DNA of 64,000 bases from NCBI GenBank assembly GCA_043745805.1, contig JAYTSD010000017.1, positions 160,001-224,000 on the forward strand, written 5' to 3'. The first letter of the stretch is position 1, and the number at the start of each line of letters is the position of its first letter. Both the position numbers and the translations under genes were made by a program. The notes beneath the pieces were generated by a model. That model searched no databases and had not been told where the DNA came from. It was given only the letters and a program-made list of their open reading frames with translations. Shown one piece after another: positions 19,901-28,528 of the stretch. The stretch comes from Fibrobacteria bacterium (GTDB lineage: Bacteria > Fibrobacterota > Fibrobacteria > UBA11236).

Positions 19901-22900
19901 AAAACTCTTTATAAGGGCACTATCACTATTACGAAAAACACTACTATTAAGGCTATTGCGGTAAAAGCGGGTTGGAAAAATAGTAAGGTGATGACGGAAG
20001 TTTATATTAAGCAATTCACTTTATCAAAATTAACTATCACCCCACTTGATACTAATGGCAATATTGTCGCTGGAAAGTTTTTAACCCAATTGACTAAAAC
20101 TTATAAGGTGAACTTAACTACTACCGAAGCTGGATTTAATCAATTAAGTCCAACAGCGATTATGAAAAGAAGTAATGATCATGAAACTTTGAATTTGTTT
20201 ATTAATCAACAAAATGGGAATGGCATTCTTTTCAGTAATGTGCAAAATTTTGTAATTGGTTCTGCCACTAATCAAAACAGTATTACGGAATCCTCTTTAT
20301 TCGATACGCTAATTGTTTCATGGGTAAATCCTAATGATGCCAATGACCATGCTGAAGATACAGTTTATGTGCATCCTGGATTTCAACAAGCTCAAGTTTA
20401 TTTTTCTAATTCCATTGGCGGCACACCGATTTCGCAATACCCTTCAAATCAAGATACGGTTTATGTGAACATTGATGATCAACCTGGTGATTCACGATTG
20501 CCTTATACAGTAAAAGTTACATCGAACAAGCATAACCCTATTGACGAAGAAATTTTAACACTAACCGAAATATCACCTGGGCATTTTAGTGCCAAGATAC
20601 CAGTAACCGCGAATGCATTTCAACCAGGAAATAATGCTTTAGAAGTTTCTCGAGCGGGAGATCAATTACAGGCTATATTTGTGGATCCGGTTTATTTTGA
20701 TACCTCTATTGGTTCGGCAGGCTTTGCCGAAGGCGTTCAGGAAGTGGCCCGTATTGACTTTATCGACACTCTTGGTGGCAGCGTGCTTGCTCCCGATGTG
20801 GTGTGGAATCCAGAAAAGGCAAATATTTATTTGCGCTATAGTGATGATTGGAGCATAAGCGTTAATGCTGTATTGCAACAAAAAAGCATTAGCCTCATTT
20901 TGCAACAAAAAAAGTACAGTCAAATTTTAGCCATTGATACGGAAACGGTTAAACTCAATTTAATTTCACACAATGCTACGCGAGGAATTTGGGAAGGCAG
21001 CTTCCCTTTAAAAGATGCCAACCCTCCGCGTAAAAATGATACCAGTGATACTTATTATCGTGGGGAATTAAACGCCAATGCACAGGCCCATGATAATGCA
21101 GGTGTTGCCGAAAATACCAGTGTAGGTGATTTATTGGTGATTGCTTATCCAAATCAAACGGCGGACATTGTGCTTGAAGACTCTGTCAATAAAACTATAG
21201 AGCGCTTAACGGATAAATTGATTATCACCATTCATGACCAAATTTTCACACATGTGGGTAACCCTACAATCTTGGCACAAATTAGTTGTGCGGCCACAGG
21301 TGACATTATTGATAATGTGGAAATGGCTTGGGATGCAAGTAAATCCGCTTATGTGACCACTAAGGCTATTATTAAAACGGAACAATTGACAGGTCAACCG
21401 AATACCAGCGATAATTTCTTGGCTTGTAGTGAAACGGATATTGTAAAAGTAGTGTATATCGATCCCGTTTATGGCAATAGCAATGAAATAAAAGCACAGT
21501 ATTTTGGCGATAAAGTCCCGTCACTTATATTCGCTTCAAGCTTGGACAGTACCAAAGTCACTTCCCGAAATGAAAAAATAGATAAGGATTTCTTGGTGAT
21601 TGTCGAAGCCAAAAGTCCTACTCGGGATCAAATTGATATTATTAAAGTTGTTGTAACAGGACCGTTTGATGAACTGGATACACTATTAGCTGTGGAAACG
21701 GCATCATTCTCTGGAAAATTTGTGGTGAGAGTTCCCTTTAAATTTGTAACCGCAATGCCAACACCTAATAATGATAGTATTGAGGCGAAACTGGATATTA
21801 CTTCCAATAAAAATAGTGCCTTTATTAAAGCTAAAGTCATTATCGGAGCGAATACCATTACTGCGGACCTAACTTTATTTGCGCAATTTAATTTGGTGGT
21901 TCATGCTTATATTAAGGATGAAAATAAAAATGCCCGTGGCGATAAAGTTTATTTCGTTTTTGATCATTCCTTATCCTCTTTACCTAAGTCACTCGATGCC
22001 GTATACTGGAATCAAGTGGATGCAAAGTTCAAAAAAATTGTAGGTCCATCGCAAATAAGCTTTGCAGGAAAAGATTCCTCGGTAATTGTGGCCGACTTTA
22101 CCCAAAGTGAGTTTGGACAAGATTTAACGGGAATACCCGAAGGCGTAGAAAATCCCTATGCCCTGTTTCCCGATAATGCCCTCTTTGGCGCACAGAAACA
22201 TAATATCGATGATTCCATGGGACCCGTAATGTTAACTGCAAAAAAATTACCTTCAGATCTTATCGCTTATCAAGTCTCGGAAAATCAAAAGCGTTTTAGC
22301 CCTGATACATTGTTGATTAAAGTTTCCGAAAAATTAATTACCGGACCTGGAAATAATAGTTGGAAAACTTTATTTCGTTTTAGTAAAGGTTGCAGTGATT
22401 ATGCACATACTGCTCCGGTTTTAGTTTTGGGAGAACCTAAATTAGACAGTAATAACACTTATTTTAAAGTGCTTGTAGATAATACCCCAGGGGCTATCAC
22501 TCCTTTAATTGGTGATTGTATTTTCCTTACCATTGATGGATCTTATACTGATGCTCCAGGAAATTTACCTTTGCCTATCGGTGTGGAACTTACTGGTGCA
22601 AATCCTGCGCAAATTGTTCGTTCATTTAGAAATTTTCCACCTGTGGCGGGTTTAGATGTAAATGACCCTAAATTTTTAATTGCAACTCATGATCCTGCTA
22701 ACAATGTTCCGGGCGAAACATATAAAACCCAAGATCCAGGTAAACTTGGAAAACTTTTATTTGTTCCTCCTGTGGGCTTTGATGCTAAAACTGGAAAATG
22801 GATTACAAATTATGTTCCTGAAAGCGTTAATGATTCGACAAGGGCAAGTTACAATGAAGTAGCTAGTTTTGAAGATTTTGAATCAACCAAGTATTCTGCT

Positions 22901-23200
22901 GTGGAAGTTGTTGCCTCCAGTGAATACATTGCCCATGTAAGTATATTCGATCATCATGGGTTATTTATGCAATCCTTTGTGCAAAGTTTTGGCTACAATG
23001 GTGAAATGAAAAACCCAAATCGTTCAATGCAAGGAGGGCTTGTTTCTTGGTTGGTTTGGGATTTAAAGGATTCGCATGGTGCGCTATCGGGTAATGGTGT
23101 TTATGTTTGGAAAGTGTTATTCCAATTTAAAGGCAGCAAAGATGGAAAGTCCAAGCAAGAAATTAAGTACACAAAAATGGGACGATTAAGACCTCAATAG
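16970..23200 (+). CDS. Giant secreted vWA-domain protein with duplicated Ig-like stalk, Fn3-associated domain and FlgD/T9SS-like C-terminus
   Basis: MIDAS DQSGS...GGTSY...LISDG; IYYTLDGSMP...TTIKAIA (chitobiase/hexosaminidase C-terminal-like); four [YF]xDPVY repeats; C-terminus homologous to the upstream fibro-slime protein. Start uncertain (16922, 16970 or later). Confidence 0.85.
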   Translation: MKNNNSHYLMNQMVLGNLVNMRKNFSLSMFKVTVTLMILLSSMNIFAAAKRCDLVGKDTTTSGGVRFKKCLDLSDLNGKTIVIPSNITRIDNDGLSLCKGAVSGSGSADIGFAVDQSGSMKPIYGWIDVAKNDTIYYEINPGCASKTTNGTITIQGASPLGPQTVLKLVDSTGCKEFAGDPYSKRADAVKKAMVYMASISPNSTAGYYGFASGPGSAGVAQPLLQLNTAAKLQQDTAAVKILDAGGTSYNPPLSAINGWLNDINLKKNTNQAIVLISDGKPGDSAIYTPTLVNMPKIYTIYLGKSSNLAGYAKLQSIANVTGGTFTIIPADQPDSLASVIKNILKTVLQSYTPANLTVTNTTIGQSAFNSTPANFVPQADGSWLVKLNDIVALSPSTGNSIKVVSNFKETGTSTLDTTSSIFTISTTGTPDSVNHSILGSQFGIVCYDKSAIRILNNASIRPPYLTENDLNYRLRIRTTPIDLTILNANSKTQIKLDNEAPVLGAPVTNTDSIVYGGLFNFKVGAATNLNGTLESSPYDFLIANWTHPRDAQDFAADTLAIKASQKISTMIFTQSDFVTPPTNGQYSSTQTFAYIKVTDQEKDPSKSYTVTFTDNLGDLETVTLTPTAVTGVFTGQIPMEIFATTSPNNGKIQFSASGDQLHAIYIDPVYGDTAIANVGIGQDVQEAGVLNFTDENGVILAPNALWNPSKGKVYVTYADDYVSGTIANKDIALVINNKKYGATRDQDIEHFIINLKLPHNSGPGIWTGEINLSDIFPAKDSNSVLETNFRGELTASVFPHDNVGKIQSIPATASLLIAYPDAVASLSYEVVDSTKGSPFVKTSEGWRITVKDQSFTNSASDTVLVSMKCLINGDSVSGINAIENGSGNYVTGWVEKNEGAPNLSDKILSCASADNISITYVDPVYGTTGQLLINEVAKPVANPPAQQFVSKVDVVLTSTTTNALIYYTLDGSMPDTTKTLYKGTITITKNTTIKAIAVKAGWKNSKVMTEVYIKQFTLSKLTITPLDTNGNIVAGKFLTQLTKTYKVNLTTTEAGFNQLSPTAIMKRSNDHETLNLFINQQNGNGILFSNVQNFVIGSATNQNSITESSLFDTLIVSWVNPNDANDHAEDTVYVHPGFQQAQVYFSNSIGGTPISQYPSNQDTVYVNIDDQPGDSRLPYTVKVTSNKHNPIDEEILTLTEISPGHFSAKIPVTANAFQPGNNALEVSRAGDQLQAIFVDPVYFDTSIGSAGFAEGVQEVARIDFIDTLGGSVLAPDVVWNPEKANIYLRYSDDWSISVNAVLQQKSISLILQQKKYSQILAIDTETVKLNLISHNATRGIWEGSFPLKDANPPRKNDTSDTYYRGELNANAQAHDNAGVAENTSVGDLLVIAYPNQTADIVLEDSVNKTIERLTDKLIITIHDQIFTHVGNPTILAQISCAATGDIIDNVEMAWDASKSAYVTTKAIIKTEQLTGQPNTSDNFLACSETDIVKVVYIDPVYGNSNEIKAQYFGDKVPSLIFASSLDSTKVTSRNEKIDKDFLVIVEAKSPTRDQIDIIKVVVTGPFDELDTLLAVETASFSGKFVVRVPFKFVTAMPTPNNDSIEAKLDITSNKNSAFIKAKVIIGANTITADLTLFAQFNLVVHAYIKDENKNARGDKVYFVFDHSLSSLPKSLDAVYWNQVDAKFKKIVGPSQISFAGKDSSVIVADFTQSEFGQDLTGIPEGVENPYALFPDNALFGAQKHNIDDSMGPVMLTAKKLPSDLIAYQVSENQKRFSPDTLLIKVSEKLITGPGNNSWKTLFRFSKGCSDYAHTAPVLVLGEPKLDSNNTYFKVLVDNTPGAITPLIGDCIFLTIDGSYTDAPGNLPLPIGVELTGANPAQIVRSFRNFPPVAGLDVNDPKFLIATHDPANNVPGETYKTQDPGKLGKLLFVPPVGFDAKTGKWITNYVPESVNDSTRASYNEVASFEDFESTKYSAVEVVASSEYIAHVSIFDHHGLFMQSFVQSFGYNGEMKNPNRSMQGGLVSWLVWDLKDSHGALSGNGVYVWKVLFQFKGSKDGKSKQEIKYTKMGRLRPQ

Positions 23201-23220
23201 TTTACATATTAAAAATAATT

Positions 23221-23252
23221 AAGCCTTGCGATATTTTCGCAGGGCTTTTTTT
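23221..23252. terminator. Terminator between convergent genes
   Basis: AAGCCTTGCGA-loop-TCGCAGGGCTT hairpin followed by a T-run. Confidence 0.8.
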
Positions 23253-24135
23253 ATAGTTTAGTAATGGGAGGCGGAATCGGATTAGGTAATGAATTTATTA
23301 CTGGAGGAGTAGTGACATTAGGCTTTAAAGGTTTAACTGAAGGTGTCCATAATAAGCGAAATTGAAATTCTAATCCGGATAATTCCCAGCTCGCTTTTCC
23401 TGCGATATTATTCGTAGGTATAATAGCGATCCAAGCTTTATCGCTTTGCCATTTTGCTTGACTAAAGGTTAAGGCACCTTGCCAAATTAAACTTTTTGAC
23501 GCATCATGCTGAAACCCTAATTGAATATCATAGCCAATAGGTGCAAAACTTAAGGTGGCAGGTAACTTTCCAGAAGTGGAGTAGATTTCACTAAAGCCTA
23601 AATTCCAATAAGGTAATACACTAATAAATAAACCTATTTGTTTATTTACGGAAAATACCGAGGATGGAATGTAATACTTGATCCCTACCCCACCTGAATG
23701 CGCTTGCACAGCATATGATTCTTCATAAGAGGAATGTGTAGAGTCTTGCGATAAAGCGTTTTGTTGATACCAAAAACTTTTACTGCCCACAATAATATCT
23801 AAATCATTATGAATGGGGATTCCGGCTAAAAAGCCTATTGGAAAGGCCAAATGTACAGATTCAAAATCTTGGGAAGACTTCCAATGGTTAGCTCGGCGTA
23901 AGGAATCCAAATTATTCACGAAGTATGTTTTTGCGCTGAAATCAAAAAAGGAAATTCCTGCATACACACCCAAATAGGCTTGCCGTTTGGCAGAAGGCAT
24001 TTTTATTTTTGTGGAATCATGCGTTTCACCTAGAGTATCTTGAGGGTTACCTTGGGTATTTAGTAAGTTTGCTTGACTATGCGCGGGTGCTGCAAAAAAA
24101 CCAAGTAAACCTATTAAACTTAATGATTTAAACAT
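23251..24135 (-). CDS. Exported protein, probable small outer-membrane beta-barrel with Pro-rich tail
   Basis: Signal peptide; alternating aromatic/Gly strands (YLGVYAGISF, GVGIKYY, GYDIQLGFQH, SGLEFQFRLLW). Confidence 0.55.
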   Translation of the reverse strand: MFKSLSLIGLLGFFAAPAHSQANLLNTQGNPQDTLGETHDSTKIKMPSAKRQAYLGVYAGISFFDFSAKTYFVNNLDSLRRANHWKSSQDFESVHLAFPIGFLAGIPIHNDLDIIVGSKSFWYQQNALSQDSTHSSYEESYAVQAHSGGVGIKYYIPSSVFSVNKQIGLFISVLPYWNLGFSEIYSTSGKLPATLSFAPIGYDIQLGFQHDASKSLIWQGALTFSQAKWQSDKAWIAIIPTNNIAGKASWELSGLEFQFRLLWTPSVKPLKPNVTTPPVINSLPNPIPPPITKL

Positions 24136-24140
24136 TCCCC

Positions 24141-25025
24141 CTAAAGGGCTTCCTGAGGCTTGTTTTTATCCGCTTCTTGCTTTTTCACTGCAGCGTACTT
24201 GCTTTTAGCTTTTTCTAAACGTGTATAGCCATCTTTAACTTTTGCTAAAAAGGGATCGTCTTTAGCTACTCCGTCAAATTTAGCGAGGTACGATTCTGCT
24301 TCTTCGAATTGTTGCAAAGCGATATAGCAATCCACTAATTTCATATGAATATCACGTAAATCAATATAGCCAGGATAATCCTTGATTAAACCCTTGTAGT
24401 AAACGGCGGCCCCTTGAGGCTCCCCCATGCGTGTGTATAAGCGGGCAATCAGCATTTCTTTTTCCACCAATTGCTTGCGTAATTTATCGGCAAAATTTTT
24501 GGCACTATCGGCATATTGCGATTCGGGATAGTAACTGATAAATTTGTTAAACTCATCAATGGCTTCCACTGTTTGACTTTGATCGCGGGCAGGAATTTCT
24601 ACTTGTTTGGCCGCAGTTTCCGCTAAGCGAAACTGAGCTAATTCACCGTATTTTTTGGAGGAGGGATAGTCTTTTAAAAAGGACATATATTCGCTTTGCG
24701 CTTCAATCCAATCACCCAACTGATAATAAGAGTCTGCTAATTCATAATAGGCTTGTTCTGTAAATGAAAAGCCATTACAAGCACTAATTAAATCACGTAA
24801 GGGATCACGTACTTCAGTATAATGTTTTTTGTCGTATTTCTTTTGCGCATCATTAAACTTATCATTACAAGTTTGTTCATGAGTTAATTTTTTACTGGAG
24901 CTACAACCCCAAAAGGACAGGAGCATTGCGTAGCAAAGCGCATGGATAATAAAATGGGCGGTTTTACTTTTAGTGATGATTTTATTTTTTGTGAAATGCT
25001 GCATAAGCATAATAATTAACTCCAA
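24141..25025 (-). CDS. bamD: Outer membrane protein assembly lipoprotein BamD
   Basis: Lipobox FWGC, TPRs, FLKDYPSS, RDQSQT..AIDEF..FISYYPESQYA, IARLY. True start probably downstream of 25025. Confidence 0.85.
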   Translation of the reverse strand: MELIIMLMQHFTKNKIITKSKTAHFIIHALCYAMLLSFWGCSSSKKLTHEQTCNDKFNDAQKKYDKKHYTEVRDPLRDLISACNGFSFTEQAYYELADSYYQLGDWIEAQSEYMSFLKDYPSSKKYGELAQFRLAETAAKQVEIPARDQSQTVEAIDEFNKFISYYPESQYADSAKNFADKLRKQLVEKEMLIARLYTRMGEPQGAAVYYKGLIKDYPGYIDLRDIHMKLVDCYIALQQFEEAESYLAKFDGVAKDDPFLAKVKDGYTRLEKAKSKYAAVKKQEADKNKPQEAL

Positions 25026-25027
25026 CT

Positions 25028-25933
25028 CTACTCTAATTTAGCCAATTCATCTTTGGCTCTCTCTAAATATTCGCTATCAGGATACAAAGATACTAGTTTT
25101 TTAAACTCTTCTACCGCCTGCTTTCGGTCTCCTAAACGTAGGAAGCAATAGCCTAATTTAATTTGCGCATCATCGGCTTTTTCCGTATCGGCAAAGGTGA
25201 GTACTTTACGAAAACTCGTAATGGCTTTAGCAAAATTTCCCACGGAGAAATGACACTCCCCTATCCAGTAATAAGAATTATCCACATAGGCACCGGAAGG
25301 ATAATTGTGAATAATTTCTTCAAATTTTAAAATGGCTTTTTCATAGTCTCGCGCATAATAAAGATCGAAAGCCTTTTTATATAGTTGTGCTTCGGCTTCA
25401 TTGGCTATTTTTTTTGGCGGAGCATTTTTTGTTAAGACTTTAGCTTCAGGCTTAGGATTTTTTTTGTCATCACTAACGACTGCATTATTAGGTGGATTTG
25501 AGCTGGGAGTAAATGTCGCCACCCCTTTTTCCGGCACCGATTTTAAATGACTCAAAGCAGATTCCATATTTTTAAATTGCTCTTGTAATAAACGGACTTG
25601 CTGTTGCAATTCTTCGAATTTGGCGGGAGACAAGGTTGCCAATTGCTCTTGTAGGGCAGCAAAGCGGCCCTCAATTTCCTTCATTTTAGTATTGAGCGTT
25701 TGAATCTCTAATTTGTTTTCCTGCGAAATTTTTAAAGCTTCATCCGCATTATCTTTAATTTGCAATACATCGACTTCTGCAGAAGTGGGATCCGGTGCAG
25801 CAAGCTTAGGGGCTTGTGTAGCCGCGCAACCCAAAAAAAATAATGCCAAGCCAAAGTTTAAGGCTAAAGTACAACGAGACAAAAATTTGTGTTTCAATTT
25901 GTATTCCCGCTGGTTTACTAATTCATTTTCCAT
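25028..25933 (-). CDS. cpoB: Tol-Pal associated CpoB/YbgF-like lipoprotein
   Basis: Lipobox FLGC, N-terminal coiled coil, C-terminal TPRs (YPSG.YVDNSYYWIGE, KADDAQIKLG, YPDS). Start uncertain. Confidence 0.8.
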   Translation of the reverse strand: MENELVNQREYKLKHKFLSRCTLALNFGLALFFLGCAATQAPKLAAPDPTSAEVDVLQIKDNADEALKISQENKLEIQTLNTKMKEIEGRFAALQEQLATLSPAKFEELQQQVRLLQEQFKNMESALSHLKSVPEKGVATFTPSSNPPNNAVVSDDKKNPKPEAKVLTKNAPPKKIANEAEAQLYKKAFDLYYARDYEKAILKFEEIIHNYPSGAYVDNSYYWIGECHFSVGNFAKAITSFRKVLTFADTEKADDAQIKLGYCFLRLGDRKQAVEEFKKLVSLYPDSEYLERAKDELAKLE

Positions 25934-26051
25934 AAGTTTTAAGTTGCAACAAAATAGGAAATTATTTGTCTTAAATAAGGGCAATATCGAGGGATTTAGC
26001 TATCTATTCCCTTCCGGTGGAAGATAATTCTTTACATAATCTGGTTGTTGT

Positions 26052-27458
26052 ATGATCCTAGCTAGATACATCTTGCGTGAGCATATAGCTCCGTTTCTAT
26101 ATGCTTTATTTATTATCACTTTTTTGTTCCTTATCGATTTCCTCATTCGCATTTTATCCTCCATTTTGTCCAAAGGATTGGCTTGGCAAACGGTTTTAGA
26201 AATTATTGTCCTCAATTTAGCATGGATGCTGGCCTTATCCATTCCCATGGCCGTTTTGGTAGCTACGCTAATGGCCTTCGGGCGATTTTCCGCCGACAAT
26301 GAAATTACCGCTATGAAGGCGAATGGCATTTCCCCTTTTCGCGCTATTCTTCCTGTTTTGACCATGGCCATTTTATTATGCGGAGGAATGATTTATTTCA
26401 ATAATTATATTCTTCCCGATGCGAATCACCGCGCTGCCGCCTTACGCAATGATATTGGCCGAAAAAAACCTACTGCTTTAATTACTCCTCATACTCTGAT
26501 TAAGGATTTTGAAAACTATCAATTGTGGATCGATAGTTTAAATCCCGTAACTGGCAGAATGCGTGGTGTGCGTATATATGCCATGGAAATGGGAAAACCT
26601 TTGCGTTATATCTGTAGCGATTCCGCCTTTATGGAATATGCCCGCGGAGGCAAAACCATACTCATTCGCCTTTATGGAGGTGAAAATCATATTGTCGATC
26701 CCAAAGAAAATAAAAATTATGTACGCATAAAATACCAAAAGGAAATTGTGTCCATTGATAATGTTGACGCCGCTTTAGAAAGGCATGAAAGAAGTTATCG
26801 CACGGATAGAGAAATGTCGGTACAAGATATGTACGGGGTTATAAAAACAGCCGGTGGACGCTTAAAAAGTTTGAATGGAGAATATCAAAATAAGGTTTTT
26901 GATGAGCTTCAGGCTTTAGATGTTTTGTTCAAAGCGGACACGGTAAAAAATATACCACCGCGATTAATGGATCAAAAATGGTGGACCAATGCTCCCATTA
27001 GCAGCGTGACTATTGCCGAAGTCCGAAAGCAAGAACAGGATAAGCAATATATCATTCAACGTTATAATGTGCGCGCCGATGATGAGCAAAAAGAAATGGA
27101 TAAATTTTGGGTGGAAATTCATAAAAAGTTTTCCATTCCCGTGGCTTGTTTGGTTTTTGTTTTTATTGGCGCACCCTTGGGCATTATGGCGCGGCGCGGT
27201 GGTATAGGGACGGGATCCATTTATAGTCTATTTTTCTTTTTACTGTATTGGGCTTGCTTAATTCGTGGTGAAGTATTGGCGGATAAAGCGATTATCACTC
27301 CTTGGATGGCGATGTGGTTTCCAAATATTATTGTGGGGATTGCGGGTTTGTTTTTAGCGATACGTATGTCACGGGAAAATTATTTATCGCAAAATACTTG
27401 GTTACAAAAATTTTTCGCGATGTTTAAATCCATTTTTATCCGACGCAAAGTGCCATGA
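26052..27458 (+). CDS. lptF: LPS export permease LptF family
   Basis: ILARYILRE, IPMAVL..TLMAFGRFSADNEITAMKANGIS, EIHKKFSIPVAC, AMWFPN. Confidence 0.85.
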   Translation: MILARYILREHIAPFLYALFIITFLFLIDFLIRILSSILSKGLAWQTVLEIIVLNLAWMLALSIPMAVLVATLMAFGRFSADNEITAMKANGISPFRAILPVLTMAILLCGGMIYFNNYILPDANHRAAALRNDIGRKKPTALITPHTLIKDFENYQLWIDSLNPVTGRMRGVRIYAMEMGKPLRYICSDSAFMEYARGGKTILIRLYGGENHIVDPKENKNYVRIKYQKEIVSIDNVDAALERHERSYRTDREMSVQDMYGVIKTAGGRLKSLNGEYQNKVFDELQALDVLFKADTVKNIPPRLMDQKWWTNAPISSVTIAEVRKQEQDKQYIIQRYNVRADDEQKEMDKFWVEIHKKFSIPVACLVFVFIGAPLGIMARRGGIGTGSIYSLFFFLLYWACLIRGEVLADKAIITPWMAMWFPNIIVGIAGLFLAIRMSRENYLSQNTWLQKFFAMFKSIFIRRKVP

Positions 27459-28528
27459 AAATTTATTCGCGCTATATTTTCAAAAGCTTTTTAGGGCTTT
27501 TTATACTGTGCTGTTTTAGTGCGGTCTTAATTTTTGTGGTCGTAGATTTTGTAGGCAATAGCAAAGAATGGCTAGCACGCCCACATCGAGAAATTTATCT
27601 ATACTACATGTATTATTTGCCGCATATTCTCTATTTAATATTGCCTATCGCTTTATTGCTGGCCGCTGTTTTTTCGGTGGGCAATTTAGCTAAACATCTA
27701 GAGCTAGTGGCGCTTAAAGCGGCCGGACTTTCGGTATTCACTATTTTGTTACCTATACTTTTTTTTGGAATCCTTTGCAGTGCGGGAATGTTCTATGTGG
27801 AAAATCGCATTTTGCCGGATGCCAATCATAAGCGTTTTAAAATTAATGAACCGAAGAGTCAAGACAGTGATAATGCCGAATCGAATGAAAAATTCAATTA
27901 TATCTATACGGGTTCGGATGGCTTTCAATATTATTTTGAATATTTTTCTGGCAATAAAAAAATGGGTCAAGGGATAACCATATTAAAACATCATCATGGT
28001 CTTTTGTTTGAGCGCTACGATGCACGGAGTATGTATTGGGAAGGCCATAATTGGAAATTAACGGATGGCATACATCGGACCTTTAATGACAAAGGCTTAC
28101 AAGCCGAAAGCTTTAAAGAAGTCACTCTGTTGGATTTTAAGGATCAACCTAAAGATTTAATGGATGAAAGAGTTTATCCCGACGAAATGAGTTTGCAAGA
28201 AATTCATCGCCGAATTTCCATTTTGAGTCGAACGGGTGAATCAACCCGCGCTTTGGAAACGCAAGGGCATTTTCGATTTGCCAGTGCCTTAGTCAATTTT
28301 TTTATGGTGCTTATCGGTTGCGCCTTAGCCGTAAATACTATTAAAACTGGCCTTGCGCGTAATTTTGGATTCGCTTTGTTAATTACCTTCCTTTATTATA
28401 TCGCTTTGAGAGTAGGTTTGGTTATGGGAGAAAACGGCGCATTAACCCCTTTGGCGGGTGCTTGGTTTGGCAATGCTTTATTTGCCCCACTGGGACTATT
28501 TTTTCTTTGGAAAGCCGCGCGCACATGA
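27455..28528 (+). CDS. lptG: LPS export permease LptG family
   Basis: IYSRYI, LPIALLLA, ELVALKAAGLS, LTPLAGAWFGN; ATGA overlap with lptF. Confidence 0.85.
   Translation: MKIYSRYIFKSFLGLFILCCFSAVLIFVVVDFVGNSKEWLARPHREIYLYYMYYLPHILYLILPIALLLAAVFSVGNLAKHLELVALKAAGLSVFTILLPILFFGILCSAGMFYVENRILPDANHKRFKINEPKSQDSDNAESNEKFNYIYTGSDGFQYYFEYFSGNKKMGQGITILKHHHGLLFERYDARSMYWEGHNWKLTDGIHRTFNDKGLQAESFKEVTLLDFKDQPKDLMDERVYPDEMSLQEIHRRISILSRTGESTRALETQGHFRFASALVNFFMVLIGCALAVNTIKTGLARNFGFALLITFLYYIALRVGLVMGENGALTPLAGAWFGNALFAPLGLFFLWKAART

Noticed and set aside
26000-26371. 123-aa antisense ORF over the lptF start
   Set aside because: Fully explained as the reverse frame of lptF TM segments
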